Virus record (IMG/VR): IMGVR_UViG_3300044568_000721
Location: 1 to 56,351 of that record
Source: a virus
Taxonomy: Duplodnaviria > Caudoviricetes
Length of the DNA: 56,351 nucleotides
Strand: one strand, 5' to 3'
Part shown: piece by piece, positions 8,531 to 20,500 of the stretch
Layout of the letters: each line of letters begins with the position of its first letter
Position numbering within the stretch: the stretch's first letter is position 1
Program-made: the position numbers and the translations under genes
Notes under the pieces: generated by a model
What the model was told of the DNA's origin: nothing
The model's database searches: none
Seen by the model: only the letters and a program-made list of their open reading frames with translations

Positions 8531-11500
8531 ATGGCAAGATTAATACCTCGTAAACAGATTGAAGAACAACAAAATATTAGCGGCTCTTTTAGAGTTGGTG
8601 AGGATATTAATATTGGCAACAATACCATTATTAGTGGTTCTATTTTTGTTTCGCAAAGTTTCTTTTTTGGTTCGGCAACATCATCTAGAAATGAAATAAC
8701 TGGTTCTGTATTTTTAACTGGTTCATTGGTAATTGAAGGTGATTTAAGAACTGGTGCACCAAATACAATTCTTTCTGTAACATCTTCAAATACTGTATTA
8801 GCAGTTGATACTCAAAGATACGCCGGTATTCTTGCAAAAGATTTTGGTGCTAACTTACCTACACTTTATGTATCTTCAACTGATGGTGATGATTCAAACG
8901 ATGGTAGAAGTATTCAGTATCCACTTCGTACAATTAAAAGAGCAGCCGCATTATCAACTCCAGGATACGATGGTAGATATGGATTTGATACTGGTTCAGT
9001 ATTTAATGGATATGTAATTAAGGTTCAAGCGGGAACGTATTTAGAGGATAATCCTGTTATACTTCCTAAGAACACTACAATATGGGGTGCTGGTTTGCGT
9101 ATTACCAAAATTAACGCTAAGACTCCTACTGAAGACCTATTCTATGTAAACTCTGGATGTTATATTGCCGAAGTAACGATGGGAGGATTGAGATTATATC
9201 CAGACCAAATAAATCCTGAAAAGGGATTTGCAATTGCTTTCCAACCGGGTGCATTTATTACAACTTCACCATACGTTCAGAACTGCTCGCAAATTTCAAA
9301 CCAAGAGAATTCATTCACCGAACTTTACGAAGATATTCCGCCAGGTGGTGGTGGTCTTTATGTTAATGGTGATGTGATAGACCCAGACTCTCCGTTGGCT
9401 TCAATGGTATTGGATGCTTATACTCAAATTTCTCCAAATGGTGTTGGGTGTTTGGTAAATGGTAGAGGATTCATTCAGCTGGTATCTTTCTTTAATAACT
9501 TCTCATATTACGCAATTAGGGTAAACAATGGCGGACAAGCTACGCTAAACAACTCAAACATTTCGTTTGGTTTGTATGGTATGTATGCATCTGGTTCTCG
9601 TTTTATTTCTGGTAGTGGTGGTAATATTCAAGCTAGAGATTCAGTAAGAGGAACTTGGAGTTGCGTTGTTGATGTACTAAATAAAGGATTGGAGAACGGA
9701 TTACCTACAATAACAAAATTAAATACCGCAGAGGGAATTCGTTTAACATCACCGGCATTATATACACAAAGTAGAGTATCTGCTACAACAACACTATCAA
9801 CTACTGCAGCTGATGAAATATTTTCTGATTATACATTAATAAGTGAAATTGTTGATAAAGGTGTAACTAACTTTCCAACCCTATTAGCAAAGAGTTCTAT
9901 AAAAGGATATGGATTTGATTCTCCATATAATATTTTAGGAGCAGAGCAAATAACATCATCTATATCAGCTACTCAACATGATTTAAATAGTACAAGTGCA
10001 TCTTACGCAGCTATTTTAAGTATATTAGCAAATGGTACTGGTTCGTTTACTTTTAAATCCAATACAAGCGCTAGTAGACAAATAGGTACTGATACAATTC
10101 AACCAATAGCAAATGAATCTCCATTTACGTCAAGTGTAAGTTCATCATTTGGAACGATTCTTAATATTATTACAAAAGGTGTTTCTGTTAAACCAACTTA
10201 TATAGCAAACACAAGCGCTAGTATAAAGGGTGGAAGTGTTGAACAAACAATGTTGGGTGTAACATCATCTTTAGCAACAATAAATTCGGTAAGTGCAAGT
10301 TTTAGTATTGTTTATAATATTTTAGCAAATGGTACTGGTAGTAATATTTTACCAATACCGGCTAATCATCAAAAATCTTTTGTAATAACAAATAACAATA
10401 GTTCTTCTTTTGATTTTGAAGGAATTGGTAGTAATCCTACATTAACTTTATTTAGAGGAGAAACTTACAAATTCAATGTAGATGCAATAGAAACTTTTGG
10501 TGGTATTGAATATCCGTTTTGGATTAGAACAGAACAATTAGAAGGTATTACTGAAAAATATGATTATAATATTGGTATGGTAAATAATGGAGATAGTAGA
10601 GGAACAATAACCTTTACAGTACCATATAACGCACCAAATAGATTATATTATGTATCTCAAAATAGAAGTTCGATGGGTGGTAAGATTGAAATAGTAAATT
10701 CATCTACAACTCCATTTGAATTAATTAAAAATACATTAACATACCCAGCTACAATACAAAGTGGTTCAATAGCTAAAACAGGTATTGATGTTGTAACGGC
10801 ATATGAAATATTAGTAAGTAATATAGAATTTATCAAAGATGAAGTAATACAATTTGTATCATCATCTTGGAGTGGATTTTCATATCCGGAAGAAACTTGT
10901 AAAAGAGATGTTGGATATATTGTAAATGGTGTAGCAAAAGACCTTTTATTTGGTGGAAATGAAGAAAGTATTAGAAATGGTTTATTTTATTATCAATACC
11001 CATCTGAAGCAACTACCACACAATTAGGACCAACGCTAACTGCTATGAAACATGCAGCTGGGGTTTCATTAAATTTAATTAGAGGAAAAGTATATACAGA
11101 ACCAACAACTGAAGTAGATGATGTTTGGAATACTATTAGAGATAATAAAACATTTGTACAAAATGAGGTTATAACTTATTTATCTTCTTCTTGGTCTAAT
11201 TTTTATTATAACGAAGCGAAATGTAGACGTGATACCGGTTATATATTAGATGCGGTAGCAACTGATGCAAAATATGGTGGTAATGAAAGAAGTATAATTG
11301 CTGGTGAATATTATTACCAATACCCATCTTTAGCAATAGTAAGAGGCGATGGTGATGGTGTTGGACAATTAGGACAAACATCAGATGGTATCAGATATGC
11401 TAGTGGGTTGGTTGATAATTTATTAAAACAAAAAACATTTACAGCTCCTGATGCAACAACTCTATCGGCATATAATAATTTACTAAACAATAAAGAATTA

Positions 11501-14500
11501 ATTCAAAACGAAACAATTCAATTTATCAATGTTGCATTTCCAAACTTAAAATATAATCAAGCAACTTGTAAAAGAGATGTTGGATATATTGTTGATAATG
11601 TAGCAACGGATTTATTATATGGTGGAATTGAAAGAGGTGTAACTGCTGGTAGATATTATTATGATTATCCATCTTTAGCAACTACAACTCAAAGAACATC
11701 AACTATTGCTGGTGTTAGATACGCAAAAATTATTGGAGATACTATTGTTCAAAATCAAATATTAGATACACCACGTATTGTTTATAATGATGAGAAGAAT
11801 TTTAGAGCATCATCTTTAACAAACGTATCATCTTCATTTAGTGGTTCAGTAACTCAACAAACTTCTATTGGTAATACATTCTCAATTATAGAAGGAATTG
11901 TAGCAAGAGGATTGAGTTCAATTAAATCTTTGTTAGCACAAAATACTGGATTAATTTGGAATAAATACAATCCATTAAATGTAACTAATGATTCTCAAAT
12001 AACATCATCATATACAACACCAAATGAAGTAAATACAATTGATAGGAGTTTTGATATTGTGAATACTATTATTGGTGGTGGATTGATAGCTGAGCCTGTA
12101 TTTACATCATCTCAAGCAAATGCAATAGCTGTAACTGGTACAACACAAACAACTGCATCATTGGCAGTTAGTGGTTCGGTTACATCATCTATATCAGCAT
12201 CAATTGCTTATGTAGCAACTATAATAACAAATGGTACTGGTTCATTGGGTACATTAGTTTCAAATCTAAACTCAAATGTAAAGGTAACTAATACACCACA
12301 ATACATAACTGGTTCTGGGTATTATGGAACAAATACTCAAAGTACACAATTAAGTTCTTCAATAAAAGTAATTACCGATATATTAGAAGGTGGATTATCT
12401 TTTGTACCTACTCTTACATCAAATGTAAGTGCAAGTATTAAAGTAACAAATACATCACAATATATTTCCGCATCTTATTCGGCAAGTGCAAGTAATGTAA
12501 ACTTTATATCATCATCAATATCAATAGTAACAAAGATAATTGAAGGTGGTGAGTTTTCGGCACCTGCTTTCCAAACATATACAAATAGAGTAACATCATC
12601 TAATAGTGTAGCAGCTTACGAAATACTTAAAAACAATATTCCATTTATTCAAAATGAAACTATTGCTTATCTAAGTTCTTCTTGGGCTGGTTTTGAATAT
12701 GATGAAACTAAGTGTAGACGAGATTTAGGATTTATATTGAGTGGTTCTGCAGAAGACTTGATATGGAACGCAAATTCTGCATCTGTATTTAACGGATTAT
12801 TCTATTGGGAATTCCCATCACAAGCGCAAGGGGCTCAACTACAACAAACTTTAGATGGTATCAATTACGCAAGTAGATTAGCACAAAAAGTAATCCAAAA
12901 CGTAGAGTTCACCACAGCATCCGCTAATACCCTAAATGCGGCATCCTTATTAGTAAATAACAAAGTATTCATACAAGACGAAACAATCGCTTATTTGAGT
13001 TCCTCTTGGAGTGAGCAGGCATATATCGAATCAACTTGTAAGAGAGATGTAGGACACGTAATAGATGCAATCAGAACTGACTTAGTTTATGGTGGTAATG
13101 AGAGAAGTAGAAACGCTGGTATATTTTATTATCTATACCCATCTCAGGCAACTGGTTCACAATTACTTCCAACTTTAGATGGTATTAACTACGCAGGTAG
13201 AATGATACAAAAGATTGTTACTGGTTCGGTATTTGTCGCAGCTGAAGGAAATAAAGTAAATGCAAGTAATTTAATATTAAGAAACAAAAACTTAATTGCA
13301 AATGAAGTTGTAGCTTATGTAAGTTCTTCTTGGAGTGAAGCAGAATACAATCAGGCTAAATGTTTAAGAGATACAAAATATATCTTAGATGCTGTTAGAA
13401 CTGACTTGGTATATGGTGGTAACGAAAGAACTAGATTTGCAGGAGAATATTATTATAGATACCCATCAGCAGCAATTGTAGGTGGAGTTCCTTCTGCAAC
13501 ACAACAATTAGACCCAACTATAACTGGTGTATATTACGCAAATCAATTAGTACAAAATATAATTAAAAATATTGTATTATCTGCTCCATCTACATCAGCA
13601 TTAAACGCTGCAAGTTTATTAAAAACTAATAGAGCATTTTTACAACAAAATACCGTTGATTATGCAAATGAAACATATCCTAACTTAGAGTATATTGAAA
13701 GTAAGTGTTATAGGGATACTGGATTTATTGTAGATGCTGTAATTACGGATTTAGTATATGGTGGTAACGAAAGAAGTATAACTGCTGGAAGATTCTATTA
13801 TCTATATCCATCACAAGCTACTGGAGTTCAATCGGAAGAAACAATTGATTCGTTAAACTTTACAAAAGGTTTAGCAAAATTAGTAGCAATTGGTGGTAAA
13901 TCAATAGAAGATGGTTTTGATATTGTAGCAAACGTAATTGAAAGTGGAAGTAATTCAGCACCTAATGTAGTATTAAATACTGCAGCTGGAATTAAAGCAA
14001 CTACTGCTCAGCAAACTACATCATCAATATCAGTAAGTACATCCGATAAATTTATTGTATCATCTTCATTTGGTAACATACTTAATATTTTATCAAACGG
14101 AACTGGTTCAATACCAACAACTATTGTTAAGAATACAAATAGGGGTGTAAATGTTTTAGGTGGTACGCAAATAACATCGTCAATAACTCCGGCTATTTCT
14201 GAAAAGACAAAAGTAACTACTGGATTTGATATTGTTTTAGATATTGTAGAAAATGGCACTGGTTCAATTCCAACTATTGTAACAAATGTAAATTCTTTAA
14301 TTAAAAGAACTACTACAAATAGTTATATAACAACTGCATCAATATCATCTACATATCTTACAGCTTCAAATAATAGTTTTAATATTGTTTTAGATATTGT
14401 TGAAAATGGTACTGGTTCTTTACCTACATTAGTAAAAAATACCGATTCGTTAGTAAAGATAACAAATACAAATCAATTCACATCTTCAGTAATTATATCA

Positions 14501-17500
14501 TCTTCATTAGCAAGAAATATATCTGGAAGTTTTGATAAAATTATAAACATATTAGAAAATGGAACGGGTTCGTTACCTACTATTGTTCTAAATACAAATA
14601 ATAATATTAAAGTAACTAATGCTACTCAATATTTAGGAGGAACGCCAGCAACACAAACTGAAGCTAACGCAATATCCGCATCTATTTCTATTGTAACAAA
14701 TATAATAGCAAATGGTATTGGTTCATTACCAACTGTAACTTTATACACATCATCAATATCATCTTCAAATGTAGTAGCAGCTTATACTATTCTAAAAAAT
14801 AACTTAGATTTCATAGTATCGGAAAGTATTGCATATTTAAGTTCATCTTGGTCAACTGCATCTTATGATGAAAGTAAGTGTAGACGTGATTTAAGGTTTA
14901 TACTTAGTGGTTCTGCAGAAGATTTAATATTTAATGCAAATTCAGCATCCGTATTTAATGGTAAGTTCTATTATCAGTTTCCATCTCAAGCACAAGGTGC
15001 ACAATTAAATCAAACTTTAGATGGTATTAAATACGCATCACGTTTAGCACAAAAATTAGTATTAAATACTCCATTTGTAACTCAATCGGCACAAGTTAAA
15101 GATGCATACACTTTGTTGGTTAATAACAAAGATTTTATTAAGGATGAAGTAATACCTTACATAAGTTCATCTTGGAGTACGCATCAATATGTTGAATCGA
15201 CTTGTAAGAGAGATATAGTACATATTATAGATGCAGTTTCTACCGATTTATTATATGGTGGAAATGAGAGAACAATAAATGCTGGAGTATTCTATTATCT
15301 ATATCCATCTGAAGCAACTGGTTCACAAATACAGGAGACTGTTACTGGTATTGAATATGCTAGAGATATCGCATTCAAAATTTTAAAAGGAAATACATTT
15401 ACTAAAGTATCTCAAAATAAATTACAAGCAAAAGAATTAATTTATAACAATAGAGCATTTATACAAAATGAAGTTATAAGTTATATTTCGGCAAGTTGGA
15501 GTACAGCATCTTATAATGAAACAACTTGTAAGAGAGATGTAGGACATATCTTAGATGCGGTAACAACTGATATAGTTTATGGTGGTAATGAGAGAAGTAT
15601 AAATGCTGGAAAATTCTATTATGAATATCCATCACAAGCTACAACATCTCAATTAGGACCAACATTAAGTGGAATCAAATACGCAAAAGATTTAACCGAT
15701 AGTGTATTAAAGAATTCAACATTTGTATCAGCATCCAATTCTAACGTTACTGCATACGAATTAATATTCAATAATAAGGCATTTATACAAAATGAAACTA
15801 TTGCATATCTATCTTCTTCTTGGAGTGCATTCAGTTATAATCAAACTACTTGTAAAAGAGATATTGGTTATATATTAGATGCGGTTGCAACTGATATTCT
15901 TTATGGTGGTAACGAAAGAGTAGCTAAAGCTGGTGAGTATTATTACTTATATCCTTCATTAGCAACTGTTGGTAATGATGGTGATACTGGTGGACAATTA
16001 AATCAAACTTTAGATGGTATAAAATACGCTAAAGGAATTACTGAAAAGATTGTAGCAAATTTATTATTGCAATCACCAACAACATCTGAATTAACTGGAT
16101 TTAATTTATTAATTGATAATAAGAAGTTTATACAAAGTGAATCAATTGCTTATCTATCTTCTTCTTGGAGTGGTGGTGATGGATTTTATTATAACGAAAC
16201 AACTTGTAAGAGAGATATTGGACATATTATAGATGCAGTTAGAACTGATTTGGTATATGGTGGAAATGAGAGAAGCTCTAAAGCTGGAGAATACTATTAC
16301 CTATATCCATCAGCAGCAATTCTAACAGGTTCGGTTTCACCAACTGTAGCAACACAAAAAGGACCTACACTTGATGGAATAAACTATGTAGCTGGTACTG
16401 CAAAAAATATAATAGAAAATAAAGTATTAATATCACCAACTGGATTTACAACATCATCAGTTAATTTATTAAGACAGAATAAAAAATTTATACAAAATGA
16501 AACTGTACAATACATAGATGCTTTCTTCCCTAATTTAGTTTATTTAAGAGAAACGTGTAGACGTGATGTTGGATATATTTTAGATGCAGTTATAACCGAT
16601 ACTTTCTATGGTGGAAATCAAAGAAGTGTTATAGCTGGACAATATTATTATTTATATCCATCATTAGCAACAAAGAGTACGCAAGTTAGAGAAACTGTTG
16701 CTGGTGTTGATTATGCAAAAGCATTAGCTAAAGCAATAGCTCAAAATATTAAATTAAATACACCAACACTAACTACAAATACTGATGGAAATATTAAGGT
16801 AACAAATACTACACAATATACGTCATCTTTAGGTGCAACTACAATTGAAGTAAATCAAATTAGTTCATCATTTGGTTTAGTAACTGGAATTATAACTGAC
16901 GGAGTAAAATCATTTACACCAACTACGGCAACATACAATCCGGCTAATGGAGATTTTGTAATTACTATTCCAAGTCATACATTGACAAAGTATAATAGTA
17001 TTTACATCAAACCTGAATCATTTGTATTCACTTGTGATATGGATGGTAATAGAACGGAACATAAGTTACCTTCAATTGGACAATACGCATATTCTAACAA
17101 ATTACAAATACAATCAGTAACAACTAATACAATAACTGTTAATGTTGGAGCATCAGGACCTAATGTAGAGTTTACACCTACTAACGCAACTTATGACCCA
17201 GCTACTGGAGATTTTGTAATGACAGTAGGAACACATAGTTTAAGTATTGGTGAAGGAATTCTAATTTCAACGGGTTCAATCGCATTTACTTGTGATATGG
17301 ACAACAATCAATCGGTTAAATCATATCCTAGATTTGGTATAGACCCATACGCTGGCCGTTCTATGATGATAACTAATACTACACCAACTACATTGACGGT
17401 TAGTGTTGGAGCATCTGCGGCTAACAAATATTTTACACCATCTGCAGCTAATTACAATGCACTTACGGGCGATATGTCTGTAACTGTTGGACAGCATGGC

Positions 17501-20500
17501 TTAGGTGTTGGTAGAAGTGTTATTTTAGCAACGGGTTCAATGGCATTTACTTGTGACCAAGACGGAAATGCAACAACACATAGTTATCCTAGAAGTGGAA
17601 GTGGTGACCCGTATCTTGGAAAATCAATTGAGATAAAATCAGTTGGATTTACTCAACACACAGTAACTAATGCACCATATAACGCTGAAACTGGCGATGT
17701 TACTATAACAATAGCATCTCATGGATTTAGTAATGGAGATTATATTAAACTTTCCGATAACTCATTAACTTACAATTGTGTATTGGATGATAATGTAGTT
17801 TCAAAATCTTACCCTAGGGCTGGATACGATTATCCAAGCGGAAGATGGTTAAGTATATCTGGTGTAACTCCAAATACATTTAATATCAATATTGGAGCAT
17901 CATCATATACAAACTCACATACATTTGTGACAGCAAGTATTAATGGATTACAAAGACAGAATGGCATCTTTACAATCAATGTAGGGGATGCTGGAAGTGC
18001 TTCTGGTTCAATACATACATTTGTATCAGCATCAGCAAACGCTATAAAACATCTACCTCAATCAATTCACACATTTGTATCAGCATCAGCTGGGGCAATT
18101 AAACATTTACCACAAGCAGCTCATACATTTGTTAGAACTACTAAAAATTCAATAAGTACTATACCTGTATTGGTTCAAAATGGTGATAGTTTAATTAAAG
18201 TAACAAACACAACTCAATACTCATCATCAATATCGGCAAGTGGAGCTGAATTAGATATTATTACATCATCATTTAAGCATGTAGCTGATATTATTGAAAA
18301 TGGTGTTGCATTTGTACCGGATTCATTGGCAAGAAACTATAATTACGGATTTGAATTATCTACACCAACTTTATTACATATAAGTTCTAAAGAGCAGACA
18401 ATTGGTACGGGTTCATATAATTTATCAACTGAAATTACGAATGTAAGTTCTTCTTATGGTAATGTTGTAAATGTTGTTAAAAATGGTTTGAGTGTATTAC
18501 CTACATTAGTAACAAATACATCATCATCTTTAAAAGTAACAAACGTAAATCCTATAAGACAAGCAACATCAGCATCATCTTTTGATACTAATAAGATTTC
18601 AAGTGGATTTGATTTGATATTAAGTGTAATTGAAAATGGAACATCGGTTCTACCAACAATTATATCAAACACATCAGCAAGTATTAAAGTAACTAACACC
18701 CCACAATTAATAAGTGGAAGTGCTGCTGGAAGATTGCAAGGTAAATTAATATCAGCATCTTTATCTTTGGTAATTGATGTGTTATTAAGTAATGGTACAA
18801 GTTCAATTGGACTTAAACAATCAACATTCCCAATAGCAAATTCAAATGCAAAAATAAACTCAGCATATAATCTATTAGTGAGTAACTCTAAATTTATAGT
18901 TGATGAAACTATTGCTTATATGAGTTCTTCTTGGAGTGGATTTGAATATACACAAAGTAAATGTGAAAGAGATTTGACAGGAATCCTTAGTGGTTCTGCA
19001 TTTGACCTTTTATATGGTGGTAACTCTGCATCTTTGTTTAATGGTAAGTTCTATTTTGATTTCCCATCTCAAGCTACTGGTTCACAATTAGACCAAACAA
19101 TTACGGCAATCAAATACGCAAGTGGATTGGCTGAAAAGGTTGTATTGAATACTCCGTTTACACATATATCTGCATCAATTAACCAACCAACATCAGCATC
19201 TTGGAATTCATTAAGAAATAATAAAGGATTTATACAAAGTGAATCAATTGCATATCTATCTTCTTCTTGGAGTAATTTTGATTATAACGAAACTACTTGT
19301 AAGAGAGATATTGGATACGTTATAGATGCAGTAGCAACTGATTTATTATATGGTGGAAATGAGAGAAGTGTTGTAGCAGGTAGATACTATTATGATTATC
19401 CATCTCAAGCTACAAACGCACAATTAGAACCAACATTGACTGGTATAAGATACGCTAAAGGAACAGCTATGAATGTAGTTGTTAATAAGCAGGTATTTAC
19501 AGCATCTTTGGAAGCTCAATACGCATACGATTTAATAAAAGCTAACAAAGTATTCATACAAAGTGAAAGTATTGCATTTGTAAATGTTAAATACCCTAAC
19601 TTAGATTATAGTGAAAGTAAATGTTATAGAGATTTAGGATATATCATTGATGGAGTAGCAACTGATTTACTTTATGGTGGTAATGAAAGAAGTAGAAAGA
19701 ACGCAGATTACTATTATGAGTTCCCATCTCAAGCTAATGGGTCTGGTTCGCAAGTTGTGGAAACGGTAGAGGCAATTAAGTACGCAGCTAGAATAACAAC
19801 GGCATCTATTAGTAGTACATTAATACCAACACCACAAACTATACCTAATACGTTAGCAAATATTAAAGTAACAAACGCTAATCAATATATTTCAGCATCA
19901 TCGGCAACTTCTACTGAAGCAACAATACTATCAGCATCAATTGCTATCGTAACTAACATAGTTGCTAACGGAACTGGTTCAGCAATAGTATCCGCATCAT
20001 TAAGTTTACCAACTTCATCTTATACAACGCCGGTAAGTAATGATAATAGATGGATTGCATACGGAATACTAAAAAATAATATTTCATTTATACAGGATGA
20101 AACTATCGCATATCTATCATCATCTTGGTCAACTGCATCTTATGATGAAAGTAAGTGTAGACGTGATGTGGGATTGATTATAAGTGGAGCAGCTGAAGAT
20201 TTAATATTTAACTCAAATTCAGCATCATTATTTAATGGTATATTCTATTATCAATATCCATCACAGGCGCAAGGAGCACAATTGAATCAAACGCTTGATG
20301 GAATAAACTACGCAAGTAAGTTAGCACAAAAGGTAATTCAAAACGTAACTTATGTAACGGCATCAGCAATTGTATCGGCATCATACGCATTGATTAGAAA
20401 GAATAGAGAATTTATACAAAATGAAACTATTGCGTATCTATCTTCTTCTTGGAGTACCGCATCTTACATTGAATCAACTTGTAAGAGAGATGTTGGTCAT

